A DNA stretch of 64,000 nt from positions 126,317 to 190,316 of the forward strand of contig CAVYTV010000002.1 of NCBI GenBank assembly GCA_963771575.1. The letters run 5' to 3'. Positions 1-9,348 of the stretch are shown piece by piece. The DNA is from an uncultured Armatimonadetes bacterium (lineage in GTDB: Bacteria; Armatimonadota; Armatimonadia; Armatimonadales; Capsulimonadaceae). Position 1 is the stretch's first letter. Every line of letters starts with the position of its first letter. The translations under genes and the position numbers were made by a program. The notes under the pieces were generated by a model. It saw only the letters and a list, made by a program, of their open reading frames with translations, was not told where the DNA came from and made no database searches.

Positions 1-658
1 CGGCCAGACGGCGGCGCTGGTGGGCGAGTTGGGCGCGGGCAAGAGCACGATCTTCGCCCTGCTGTCCCGCTTCTGGGACCCCGACTGCGGGCACGCGTCC
101 GCGTGGACGGCCACGATCTGCGCGACGTCACCCAGCACTCGCTGCGCCGGCAGATCGCCGCCGTCCAGCAGGAGACGTTTCTGTTCGCCGCCAGCGTCGC
201 CGAGAACATCCGCTACGCGCGGCCCGACGCTACCGACGCCGAGGTGGAGGCCGCCGCCCGCGCCGCCAATGCCCACGGCTTTATCGCCGACCTGCCCGAC
301 GGCTACCACACGCTCGTCGGCGAGCGCGGCGTCAAGCTCTCCGGCGGCCAGCGCCAGCGCCTCTCCGTCGCCCGCGCCTTCCTCGCCGACCCGCGCATTC
401 TGCTTTTAGACGAGGCGACTTCCGCCGTCGAACCCGAATCGGAGCGCGTCATTCAGGAAGCCATCGAGCGCCTGATGCAGGGCCGCACGACGATTCTCGC
501 CGCCCACCGCCTGTCCACCGTCCGCAACGCCGACGTGATCTTCGTCCTGGAAGGCGGGCGTCTCATGGAGCAGGGAACGCACTACGAACTGATGCGCCTC
601 GGGAGGCCGCTACGCCCGCATGGTGGCGCAGCAGCACGGCGCGGTGGAGCGGGTGTAG
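1..658 (+). CDS. ABC exporter ATP-binding domain (MsbA-like); 5' end lies outside the window; two apparent frameshifts
   Basis: Walker [10 protein letters not shown], signature LSGGQRQR, Walker [14 protein letters not shown]-loop AAHRLST. The frame changes near 92 (WDPDCG / [12 protein letters not shown]) and near 605 (ELMRLG / [17 protein letters not shown], stop TAG 656-658). Confidence 0.85.
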
Positions 659-771
659 GGACGCAGGAAAGCGGGCAGGCTGTGGTACACTCTCTGTCAG
701 CAACGAAGCAAAGTCACACGGGATGAGCAGGGGAGCGGCCAACATCACGTCATCAACGGAAAGAGATTCTC

Positions 772-2765
772 ATGCGGAACACATCACGACGGATTGAAGC
801 GGTTCTTTTGACCTGTCTCCTCGCGGGCTTCGGCGCACTGGGGCTGCGGTCAGCGACTCTCGGGGCGAGCGGATTTGACCCCGCATCGGCCACGGTCGGC
901 AATGCGCGCCTGCTGGCGCTTGCCGTCACGCAGTACGAGCAGAATAACGACGAATACCTGCCGCCGACCGACACGCAGGCACATTTCGAGGCGGCCCTGC
1001 TGCCGTTTGTTCCCGACTCCTCGGCATTTATTTCCCCAGAGACCGGGCAGCCGTTTCAGCCGAATCCGGCCATCAACGATCACCAAATATCGCAGTTCGC
1101 CGATCCGGGGACAGTGGTTGTTTTCCAGGACGCGCCGCCATCAGGAAAGGCGCCCGTCATGGCTTATCTGGACGGGCATATAGAGCGCGGCGGCGTTGAG
1201 CAGGGCGACCCAAATCTTATTGTCCAAAGCCGGGCTGTCCTGCTTGCGTTGGCGGTTCAGCGCTACACCCAAGATCATGACGTCGTTCTGCCTCCCACGG
1301 ATACTCTAGCGGATTTCCAATCTGCGATTTTACTCTATGCTGGGAGTAAGAGGTTCTTTACTTCGCCGAATGGCAAACCTTTTCTCCCTAATCCGGCCAT
1401 CAGCAGCCTCCCGCTGTCACAAATCAATGATCCCGCGAACACGGTTCTCTTTCAAGATCAGGACCCTCCATAGGAGGCATTCAAACAATCGCCTATGTAG
1501 ATGATCATGTCGTGCATGGCTTGTTCAATTCTCGTCACCATCCCTTGAGTGACTATAATAACATACGACATCTTTTACAAGATGTGATTGTTTATGAACA
1601 AGACCTGGGAACCGTTCCACCTACCAATGATTACCAATCTTTCGAGGCGGCGCTTGCGTCTTATGCTCCTGATTCCAGTGTCTTTGTTTCTCCCAATAAT
1701 GGCCTGCCGTACACGCTGAATGTCGGTGTCAGCGGCTTGCCTTTGACCAGCATCACTGACCCCGCAACGACCGAATTGCTGCGCGATAGCAGTCTCAACC
1801 AAGATGGCTCCTTGAACATTGCATATGTGGATGGGGGTATCGTCACACAGGAATATTTTGTTCCCCAAGCCCTCAACGTCGGCCCGGACAATGAGACGCA
1901 TTTACTCTGGCCGAAGGCGATCAATCAAAACCGATATGGGCCATTTTTCCCCGGTCAGGCGGCGCTCTGGACGCTGACGCCTTCTGGAACAACGCTGACC
2001 GAGAACACTGAAACCATTGCCTACAACGACAAAGTGATTGCTTTCAGTGTCGGCGACGACGACGGAACGCGCCTGCTTGAGAGTACCTCCTTTCTCACAG
2101 TCTATCCTAATCCACCCATCACTGGCGCGATCACGCTGGACACAATAGCCACTGATGGCAGTTTGGAAGGCACGCTCCACTATGGGCCGTATGACGGCTG
2201 GACGCCGCTGTTTCTGGCGACTGGTCCAGACAACACTTCGCGGCTGTTGTGGCAGCGCTACGACGGACAGTTTGCCCTCTGGAACGTGTCGCCTGCCGGG
2301 GATTACTTGGGCGATGTCCGCCTCCAGCCTCTGTTTGGCACCACACCAGCGGGCATGGCGCGCGGGCCGGACGAACGGACGCGCCTGCTGGAAAAATCAA
2401 CGACGACAGGCGTGGCGACTCTTGTGACCCTTTCTCCGCAGGACCGCGTAGAGCACATGGTCAAATTCCAGCCGCATCCCGGTTTCGCCGTCACTGCCCT
2501 GGCAATCGGTGCGGACAACCGGCCGCGCCTGCTGTGGGACAATGGACAGGGTCAGGCGGAAGTCTGGACGCTGACATCCGAGGCCAAACGCATCCAGGTC
2601 GTCACGTTCGCTCTGGCCCCTGGATACACCGCGTCTCAACTGGCCGTCGGTCAAGCCGGTGATCTGCACATCCTCTGGACCGCCTCGGACGGCAGCGGAC
2701 GCCTCCAAGCCCTGCATCCGAACGGAACCGTCATCAGCGTCCGTGACCTGACGCCGTATCAGTAA
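772..2765 (+). CDS. Secreted repeat protein: three DUF1559-C-terminal-like modules followed by LLW/ALW beta-propeller-like repeats. ORFs 772-1473 and 1512-2765 are joined by one apparent frameshift near 1470.
   Basis: Signal peptide MRNTSRRIEAVLLTCLLAGFGALG. The module (LLALAVTQYEQNNDEYLPPTDT..FQPNPAI..VVVFQD..AYLDGHIE) occurs three times. The frame of the 1512 ORF reads GGIQTIAYVDDHVV upstream of its listed start, which completes module 2. The C-terminal half has about 60-aa repeats (TRLLW..ALWTLTP). Confidence 0.6.
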
Positions 2766-2822
2766 CCCCAAATAATGGGAGAGCAGGATAACAAATTTCC
2801 CTCTGATTCCCCCATTATTGGC
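2765..2822. repeat. REP-like repeat, inverted pair of the CCCCAATAATGGG hairpin type
   Basis: ccccaaataatgggagag ... tcccccattattgg lies in the intergenic gap between convergent genes. Confidence 0.6.
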
Positions 2823-2853
2823 CGGGTGCAGTTGCTCCGGGGTGAGGGGGCCT

Positions 2854-3648
2854 TTATCGCGGCTGCTTGTTCAGCACGACTTCGCAGGGGGCGCGGTCCA
2901 GAATGGTGCGGGAAACGCGGCGCATCAGCGTGTCAGAGGGGTCTTCGGAGGGCAGATAGGTCAGCACGATCATGGTGGCCCCCAGACGCTCCGCCTGCGT
3001 GACGATTTCTTCCCCGGCATCGCGCGAACGAGTCACCAGCGTTTCCGCCGGCACGTTCAGAGTCCGCGCAATGCGCCCGGCGGCTTCCAGCGCCTGCGCG
3101 GCGGCGGTTTCCTCTTCCGGGAGCGGGGACGAGAGCGGCAGGTTGCGCGGCACTTCCAGCACATACGCCAGATGCAGACGCGACTTTTGCCCGGTGTCGG
3201 CTTTGGCCAGGCGGCAGGCCAGGGCCGTCGCCACTTCCGGGTCGTGGGAACTCAGAAACGGAACCAGAATCTCCAGCGGCGGGCGGTTTCCCGCGACGGC
3301 GCGGGCCACCCCCGGCCCGGCCAGTTTCAGCGAGGCCCGCGCTTCTTCCAGCGTTTCTGTGACCGGCAGGCGCGAGCGGACTCCCGGCGCGGCCCGGACC
3401 ACGTCCATCACGCACTCCGGCAGACCAGACACGACAATGCGCGCCCGGTAGCGCTCAATGTAGTCCATGGCGTCCCGAAACGTCTTCGCCCCTTCCGGCG
3501 AGCAGCCGGTCAGGCCGCTGCCGTCCACGATAATCCCCTGCACATGATGGCGCAGCAGCAGGTTCGCCGCCGCCTGAATGGTCGGCCACAGGTTCTTGTC
3601 CAGACTGCCTTCCAGCCGCACCACATCTTCACGCGCTTCAATAATCAT
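2854..3648 (-). CDS. STAS (anti-sigma-factor-antagonist-like) domain fused to a universal stress protein (USP) domain
   Basis: N-terminus MIIEAREDVVRLEGSLDKNLWPTIQ..IIVDGSGLTGCSPEG is STAS-like. C-terminus ILVPFLSSHDPE..RSRDAGEEIVTQAERLGATMIVL..RTILDRAPCEVVL is USP-like. Confidence 0.75.
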   Translation of the reverse strand: MIIEAREDVVRLEGSLDKNLWPTIQAAANLLLRHHVQGIIVDGSGLTGCSPEGAKTFRDAMDYIERYRARIVVSGLPECVMDVVRAAPGVRSRLPVTETLEEARASLKLAGPGVARAVAGNRPPLEILVPFLSSHDPEVATALACRLAKADTGQKSRLHLAYVLEVPRNLPLSSPLPEEETAAAQALEAAGRIARTLNVPAETLVTRSRDAGEEIVTQAERLGATMIVLTYLPSEDPSDTLMRRVSRTILDRAPCEVVLNKQPR

Positions 3649-3651
3649 TTG

Positions 3652-4314
3652 TTATGCAATCTGTTCTGTGTGTTGGAGCAGTGTAACACTGAAATCATCG
3701 TCCAATTTGCCCGCATTGGCATCCAGAGCGGCTTGACGGAGCGCCGCAATGAGTGGTTCGCCACCCTGCGTGGCAGCCATACGGGCCATGTTTTCCCAGC
3801 CAACGTATTTCCAAACGCCGTCCGACATGACCAAAATCTTCCAGCCCGGCTTGAGTTTAGCAGAAAAGGCAACCGGGTGGGCGGCGCTGGACCCAACTGG
3901 CGGATTTTTGCGCTGGTTTTCAGTTAAAATCGTTACCTGCCCACCGCTCAGAAGAAGCGCGCCGCTGTCGCCGCAGGATGCGCCGCAGACTTCGCGCTCA
4001 GACACGCACAGGCTGATAAGCGTTGTATACCCCGCCCCTTCGTTGTCCCAGACCGCTTGATCAGCCGCGTTGACGATGACGTACCACCAAACATCTTTAT
4101 GAAACAAGTCTTTTACGGGGAAGGTGGACGCTACCCGGACACTTTCTTCAACAGCTACCTGCGCCGCAACGGCCCCACCGAACTGCCCGCCTTGACCGTC
4201 GGCCAGACAACACAACAACACCCGCGCGTCTTCGGGATGCGGACGTACCAGCACGGCATCTTCATTGGCGTGATTATGGCCTGCCTCGGAATGAAGTAGA
4301 TAGTCAACAGACAT
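3652..4314 (-). CDS. PP2C-family serine/threonine phosphatase
   Basis: HNHANEDAVLV, CLADGQGG, GYTTL, SCGDSGALLL, LVMSDGVWKY and DDDFSV motifs. The start was chosen at MSVDYLL because the upstream gene ends at 4320. Confidence 0.8.
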   Translation of the reverse strand: MSVDYLLHSEAGHNHANEDAVLVRPHPEDARVLLCCLADGQGGQFGGAVAAQVAVEESVRVASTFPVKDLFHKDVWWYVIVNAADQAVWDNEGAGYTTLISLCVSEREVCGASCGDSGALLLSGGQVTILTENQRKNPPVGSSAAHPVAFSAKLKPGWKILVMSDGVWKYVGWENMARMAATQGGEPLIAALRQAALDANAGKLDDDFSVTLLQHTEQIA

Positions 4315-4319
4315 TTCTT

Positions 4320-4935
4320 TTATTTTTCGCTCGGCGGCAGAGGCGGGATGAGTGTGAACGACTTCAAGAACTTGTCGGCATCTGCGGCAGCCGCTGTGTC
4401 CGGGGCGTCGTAGACGACACGTAGGTGATATATGCGAGTTCCAACAAGATAAGCGCAAATCGTTTCCTGCCTGCCATTGGGTTTGAGGCCGGAAATCTTC
4501 ACACCGGGAGAGCCATTTAGAAACAATCGGCTTTTACTGATTGTCTTGGTATGACTGGTACGTTGAAAAGCGTCACTCACAATTGCCAGCAGTTTCTCTG
4601 CACCCAGCACTCGTATATTTTCAGAAGGCCTGTCGTCATACTGCACTATATAAATTTCTATCCAGAATTGTGCAAATAAATTCGTGAAGTATACTGCTGT
4701 TCGCGCCTATGGGAATAGCTTTAGATGTTTGCTGACCAGGCATAAGAATAGAAAAGCGACCTTCTGAGGACGTAAAAGGGTGCCAATTGAGTTCAGGCGG
4801 CGCAGGAACCGGCGCATTCCCCGTAGACGCTGGTTCAGCCGGATTCGTCGGCAATGCTCGGACCGGATTGGGTGGGGCGAGAGTTGTTATGCACAGGAGA
4901 CATATAAACCAGAGGCTTCGCAGTGTCTGTTTCAT
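4320..4935 (-). CDS. Secreted hypothetical protein (ORFs 4636-4935 and 4320-4646 joined by an apparent frameshift near 4640)
   Basis: Signal peptide MKQTLRSLWFICLLCITTLAPP. The two ORFs overlap by 11 nt on the same strand and read on into each other (..DRNLYSAV / QYDDRPSE..). Confidence 0.45.
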
Positions 4936-5174
4936 AAAATTTCTTGTCCTGGTTTCGCCTGCTGCGCTATATGCTCTTGTGCGGCCTTCAATAGTTCTTC
5001 ATCTTTCACATCGTAAACGGCGGATTTGACCGAGCCTTTGGCAAGTAGGGAAAGATTTGCGATTAATTGGCCGAAACGCTAGGTAGGATGCGCCTTTTGC
5101 TCTTGTGCCAACGCTTTAATGAGCTTTTGTATCTTGTCTATAATCTTCTAAATCTACAGCCGCGGTCTAAACTT

Positions 5175-5579
5175 CTATGGCAGGCCATGTGCATCTGGAT
5201 ACAGCGTTACCAGGAAGTACCATAGGAAAAGCGCAAAGGCTAAGAAGCTGCCCCCGAGAAAGCCATAGGCCAAATAAGGCGTCCGTCGCCGAAAACATAA
5301 AAATAGTATCACAGGAGCGACATTGGATAAGGCAACTTGTGCCCATCCTATAGGTTGGCCTGATAAAGACTCCGAAGCGAGAAATGAAGTGAGAAACGAA
5401 TTGTTTGTTACTACCCAAAAGGACGCAATGACCCAAGTCAGGATATATAGTGAGAAGCCGCCGATTGCGCCTGGAATGCTTAAAAGTTTAGCGCCTCCTG
5501 GGTCCGGCCCACGCGGCAGAGAGACTGGTTCCGGCGCGGTCGGTTTCGGAGGCCAGATGTTGTGCTTCTCATGGGTCAT
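5175..5579 (-). CDS. Small integral membrane protein (hypothetical)
   Basis: MTHEKHNIWPP.. is followed by 3-4 hydrophobic segments. Its ATG overlaps (ATGA) the stop of the corrected upstream HAD frame. Confidence 0.4.
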   Translation of the reverse strand: MTHEKHNIWPPKPTAPEPVSLPRGPDPGGAKLLSIPGAIGGFSLYILTWVIASFWVVTNNSFLTSFLASESLSGQPIGWAQVALSNVAPVILFLCFRRRTPYLAYGFLGGSFLAFALFLWYFLVTLYPDAHGLP

Positions 5580-6278
5580 GTTCTTGCCACGCGCCGCACA
5601 GCGTCCGCCAGTTCCGACACGTCTGTGACCGTTTCGTCTGCCGTCAAGGGCAGGGTCGGCGGGGTTGTAGAGAGTGTACTGGATGCCGCGCTTGAAGCGG
5701 ACGGTTTTCATGCCGGCGGCTTTGGCGGGACCGATGTCGTTGTCGGGGCGGTCGCCGACGAAAATGGCTTCGCTGGGCATGATGCGTGCCTGTTCCAGAC
5801 CGGCGCGGAAGATGGCGGGGTCGGGCTTGAACAGGTGAACGATCTCGCTGATAATCACCACGTCAAAGAGGCCGCCGATGCCGTAATCGGCGATGGCCTG
5901 CGCGACAGGCGGGTGCTGGTTGGCGATGATGCCCAGGTGGAAGTCGGCTTTCAGGTCCTGCAAGACGGGCGTGATGCCGTCCAGCAACTGGCCGAACGGG
6001 CGGGGCTTACGCATTTGCTGGTATACGTCCCGCGCCTCGTGCCATAAGACTTCGGTCTCGGACTCGTTGACGCAGTAGGCGGCCAGCGTCCCCTTAATGG
6101 CGGCTTCCGGGTTCGGCCCCTGTGCAGTGAGCATTTTTCGGGTGGCATTGAAATCGTCCCACAAAACGTCTTTGCCGTGCGCCCGCAGGGTCAGCAGGAG
6201 GTCATGGAACAGCCACTGATGCTGGGCGTTCTCGTCAAACAGCACGTCGCCGATGTCAAAAAAGATGAATTTGATCAT
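5576..6278 (-). CDS. HAD-superfamily hydrolase (subfamily IA); apparent frameshift near 5645
   Basis: Motif I FFDIGDVL, motif III FKPDP, motif IV FVGDRPDNDI. After ..NPADPALD the alternative frame reads ADETVTDVSELADAVRRVART and then stops at 5576-5578. Confidence 0.7.
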
Positions 6279-6365
6279 GATAGGAGATTGTACGACATTC
6301 CGCGGCGTTTCTCCTTTATCGCGCGGGGTATACTGAGGGGAAAGAAGCCCGCAGAGGCCCCCTCA

Positions 6366-6389
6366 CCCCCAATCATGGGGGAACAGGAT
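6366..6389. repeat. REP-like hairpin unit (cccccaatcatggggga)
   Basis: Same core as the repeats at 34817-34977 and 60356-60432. Confidence 0.5.
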
Positions 6390-6961
6390 GAACAAGGAGA
6401 CACAACCGATGACAATGGCAACGCAGGCGGAGCGCCCCGGCGCGATTACATTCAAAGGCGGACCGATGACCCTGGTCGGCCAGGAATTGCAAGTCGGCGA
6501 CAAACTGCCTGAGTTCCATTTGCAGGCGGCGGGAACGCTGGCAACGGTCGGCTGGAACGAACTCAGCGAGAATGGCACAAAAGCCGTGCTGATGATTTTA
6601 GTCCCCAGCATTGACACCAGCGTCTGCGCGCTGGAAACCGGCAAGTTCAATCGGCATGTCGCCAGTCTGCCGGGGGACAAGATCAAAACCGTCTCCATCA
6701 GCGCCGACACGCCATTCGCGCAGGCCCGCTGGGCTGAAACAGGAAAACGTCACCAACATCCAGATGCTGTCCGACCACAAAGACCGCATGTTCGGCGAGG
6801 CGACGGGAACGCAGATCAAAGAACTGGGGATGCTGGCGCGGGCGATTTATCTGGTGGACAAAGACGGCATCATCCGCTACATCCAGACCGTCCCCGAAGT
6901 GGCAAGCGAACCGGACTACGACGCCGTTTTGGCTGCTGCGCGGGAGTTGGTGGGAGCGTGA
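6388..6961 (+). CDS. tpx: Thiol peroxidase Tpx; one apparent frameshift near 6740
   Basis: ITFKGGPMTLVG, VPSIDTSVCALE (peroxidatic Cys), ISADTPFAQARW, then in the next frame ENVTNIQMLSDHKD..ARAIYLVDKDGIIRYIQTVPEV. Confidence 0.85.
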
Positions 6962-6971
6962 GACTGTAGAG

Positions 6972-7002
6972 GCGGGCGGAAGTATCTCCGCCCGCTGTTT
7001 CT
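6972..7002 (+). terminator. Intrinsic terminator after tpx
   Basis: Stem gcgggcgga / tccgcccgc followed by tgtttct. Confidence 0.5.
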
Positions 7003-7010
7003 CTGTCAAC

Positions 7011-7039
7011 TTGACATTTTATTCCAGTTCTGGTATAAA
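7011..7039 (+). promoter_or_regulatory. Sigma70-type promoter of the toxin-antitoxin cassette
   Basis: TTGACA, 17 nt, TATAAA. Confidence 0.5.
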
Positions 7040-7046
7040 CAACTAG

Positions 7047-7442
7047 ATGAGAAACACGGATAGCGCGAAACCATCAGCAAAGCCACTCCGCTTTGCCGGT
7101 GACTCCCGCAGGGAAATCTCCGAGATGCCGCTGCCCGTCAAGACGAAATTCGGCTACGCGCTCCGTGACGTGCAAAACGGAGAAACACCATCTGCCGCGT
7201 CGCCATTTGAGGGAAGTCGCGCGAACGAAATTATGAAGCTGACCGCACGGCACGACAGTGACACTTACCGCTGCGTCTACGCGGCTAAGTTTCCGAAAGC
7301 CGTTTATGTGCTGTACGTGTTCCAGAAAAAATCCCATTCCGGCATTGCCACTCCGCAGAAAGACAAAGAGACTGTGTACGCCCGTTATGCACAAGCGCAG
7401 GCCGATTATCAAGAGAATTTCGATGCTCCCGCAGACAAATAG
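7047..7442 (+). CDS. Type II toxin, RelE/ParE superfamily (Gp49/HigB-2-like, DUF891)
   Basis: FAGDSRREISEMP..GYALRDVQNGETP..TYRCVYAAKFPKAVYVLYVFQKKS is the family pattern. An HTH antitoxin gene follows 20 nt downstream. Confidence 0.75.
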   Translation: MRNTDSAKPSAKPLRFAGDSRREISEMPLPVKTKFGYALRDVQNGETPSAASPFEGSRANEIMKLTARHDSDTYRCVYAAKFPKAVYVLYVFQKKSHSGIATPQKDKETVYARYAQAQADYQENFDAPADK

Positions 7443-7461
7443 ACCGAAGGAAGGCAATTCT

Positions 7462-7800
7462 ATGGCAGCAGATGAGAAAGTAAAATTTGAAGCCTCCGGC
7501 GGAAACGTCTTCGCCGACTTCGGCATCCCGGACGCCGATGAGCATTTGGTGAAAGCGGATCTGGCCTTCCGCATCCGTCAGGCGCTTCAAGAGCGCGCCC
7601 TGACCCAGACCGAAGCCGCCGACCTGCTCGGAACCAGTCAGGCCCGGATTTCGGAACTTTACCATGGCAAAGTAGCCCAGATGACCTATGACCGCCTGCT
7701 GGGCTGGCTGAACGCTTTGGGAAAAGACGTGCAAATTACGGTTCTCACCAGCAGCCGTAACGACCAGAGCAGGCGCGGCAGGACGCTGGTCAGCGCGTAA
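7462..7800 (+). CDS. XRE-family HTH antitoxin (HigA-2-like)
   Basis: GGNVFADFGIPDADEHLVKADLAFRI..LTQTEAADLLGTSQARISELYHGK..RLLGWLNALG. Confidence 0.8.
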   Translation: MAADEKVKFEASGGNVFADFGIPDADEHLVKADLAFRIRQALQERALTQTEAADLLGTSQARISELYHGKVAQMTYDRLLGWLNALGKDVQITVLTSSRNDQSRRGRTLVSA

Positions 7801-7818
7801 CTTTATGCCTCGCACCGA

Positions 7819-7935
7819 GCCATCGCCCTTGTGGACAAAGACGGCATCATTCGCGACCTCCAGACGGTCCCCGAAGTGGCAAGCGAACCCGATTACGACG
7901 CCGTCCTCGCCACCGCGCGGGAATTTGGGGGCATA
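7819..7935 (+). pseudogene. Duplicated 3' fragment of tpx (last ~38 codons)
   Basis: Translates AIALVDKDGIIRDLQTVPEVASEPDYDAVLATAREFGG, compared with the intact tpx tail AIYLVDKDGIIRYIQTVPEVASEPDYDAVLAAARELVGA. The DNA aligns over about 100 nt with scattered substitutions. Confidence 0.8.
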
Positions 7936-8070
7936 AGAGAAACCGATGACACGGGGCTGAAGGTTTTATTGGGGTAACCCCCGTGCTTTAGAAGGGCGAA
8001 TCCCCGCCTACGCGGGCATAAGAAAAACTGGAAATCCTCGCCCGCGTCGGCGGGAGATTGCATTTCTAAA

Positions 8071-8099
8071 GCCCTGCCGTTTAGGGCAGGGCTGTTTTT
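8071..8099 (+). terminator. Intrinsic terminator
   Basis: Stem gccctgcc / ggcagggc followed by tgttttt. Confidence 0.6.
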
Positions 8100-9091
8100 C
8101 ACGTCTGAGTCGGCGGGGGCGGCCAGACGCCGCCATCGGCCATGCCTTCAGCGGGAATTGCGGTCTGGGCGTGGCGCGGGAGGGATTTGGGGCCGGTGAC
8201 AATCCGCGTCAGGTGGTACAGGTTCTGGAAGAAATAAACCGGCGTCAGCACCAGGCCGACGTAGCCCCACCAGCCGCAGACCAGCATGACGCTGTTGAAG
8301 CCGGCGCTGATTTTCCAGGCGCAGGGAACGCAGAAATTGCCTTCTTTGCGGGCCGTGAACCGAATGTAGAGCAAACTGATGTTTCGCAGGAACTTGCCAT
8401 AGGCTGTCGGCACAGTCGCCGAGCCGCAGCCGGCGCAGGGGGCCAGATCCGGCTCGGCCACGGTTTCCAGGTCAAACGAGTGGCAGTGGACGCCGATATT
8501 GTACAGCCACTGCGCGGCCTGCGCGCCGACCGCCGACCGAATGGCCTCCCGCGCGGCGAGGGCCTGCTCCGGCGCCAGCTTCATCTTTCCCACCGCTTCC
8601 GCTGCCCTTGCCGAGAGGCCTGCCTGAAGAACGTAGTCCGCCACCTGCGCGGGGGAAACGCCCGGCTGCGCCAATGCCTTGCCGCCCGTGCTGAGAACGA
8701 CGGCGCAGAAGCGGGCCGGGTCGGCGATCTGCACCGCGCATTTCCCCTCCAAAGTCGTGTAGGTCAGGCCATACGCCGCGCTCTGGGAAAGGATAGTCCG
8801 TGCGCCCCAGGGCAGCGTGCGCGGGAGGGCAGTCTGCACCAGAAAGACGGACGCCGGCAGAGGCATGATGTCGCTGGCGCCGGAGCGCGGCTTCATCTTC
8901 TGCATCAGTTGGGGCAGCGTCGCCTGGTCTATGACATGGCTGCCGGGCGGCAGGATGTCAAATGCCTTGCCGTCTTTGACCAGCACGCCGGCATAGCCGG
9001 GCGGGATGTCCAGCCGGGAGCCGAGCAGGAGGCCGCTGGCCGCCGGATGAAGCTGAAGAAGCGCGTCAGTGTCGCGTATCGCAAAGTCCAT
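8099..9091 (-). CDS. Membrane protein with an SPFH/YdjI-like N-terminal domain and a C-terminal CxxC..CxxC zinc-ribbon plus TM segment
   Basis: MDFAIRDTDALLQLHP..IPPGYAGVLVKDGKAFDILPPGSH..; CAGCGS..CVPCAW followed by the hydrophobic SVMLVCGWWGYVGLVLTPVYFF. Start chosen at the internal MDFAIRD. Confidence 0.5.
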   Translation of the reverse strand: MDFAIRDTDALLQLHPAASGLLLGSRLDIPPGYAGVLVKDGKAFDILPPGSHVIDQATLPQLMQKMKPRSGASDIMPLPASVFLVQTALPRTLPWGARTILSQSAAYGLTYTTLEGKCAVQIADPARFCAVVLSTGGKALAQPGVSPAQVADYVLQAGLSARAAEAVGKMKLAPEQALAAREAIRSAVGAQAAQWLYNIGVHCHSFDLETVAEPDLAPCAGCGSATVPTAYGKFLRNISLLYIRFTARKEGNFCVPCAWKISAGFNSVMLVCGWWGYVGLVLTPVYFFQNLYHLTRIVTGPKSLPRHAQTAIPAEGMADGGVWPPPPTQT

Positions 9092-9164
9092 AGGTGTATT
9101 ATAAGGCAAATGTCCGCCCGCCGTCAAGGGCGATTTTCGGCAATGGCGAACGGCAAAATCGCGC

Positions 9165-9193
9165 TTGCCACAACAAACGATTCGCGGTATAAT
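9165..9193 (+). promoter_or_regulatory. Candidate dnaA promoter
   Basis: TTGCCA, 17 nt, TATAAT. Confidence 0.45.
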
Positions 9194-9348
9194 GGACGGC
9201 AACGAGGCGGCGATTTCGTACCCGGAATTGGCCGCCTTCTTTTGTTGCCAGGCACTTTGGCTTTGCCAAGTTCTTTGCCCAGGCGTCTCCAGGAAACCCG
9301 TGAGCAGCCACCCAACGTCCGACGACAACTCAAAAGACCCGCGCCCGG

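Noticed and set aside
2818-3927. 369-aa plus-strand ORF across the STAS-USP and PP2C genes
   Set aside because: Antisense shadow ORF. It has Arg/Gly-rich low complexity and no recognisable motifs, whereas the opposite strand encodes two well-supported domain proteins.
4936-5174. Degenerate small ORF(s) on the minus strand in the AT-rich spacer (..KIIDKIQKLIKALAQEQKAHPT stop RFGQLIANLSLLAKGSVKSAVYDVKDEELLKAAQEHIAQQAKPGQEIL), ending in an ATGA overlap with the secreted-protein gene
   Set aside because: It is interrupted by an in-frame TAG, has no ATG start, and I recognise no family. It is possibly a decayed gene, but that is not supportable from the sequence alone.
5175-6278. A single 367-aa HAD-hydrolase/membrane-domain fusion protein, as listed in the ORF track
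   Set aside because: After the HAD core, the alternative frame gives a plausible C-terminus ending in a stop that overlaps (ATGA) an ATG opening the membrane part. Two coupled genes plus one indel is more likely than a fusion. Read-level confirmation is still needed.
7940-8060. Spacer after the tpx fragment as another copy of the 21975-22204 MITE
   Set aside because: Only short motifs are shared (aaggttttattgggg, ccgcctacgcggg + aagaaaaa). Their relative orientation differs and there are no terminal inverted repeats. It is at most related repeat debris.
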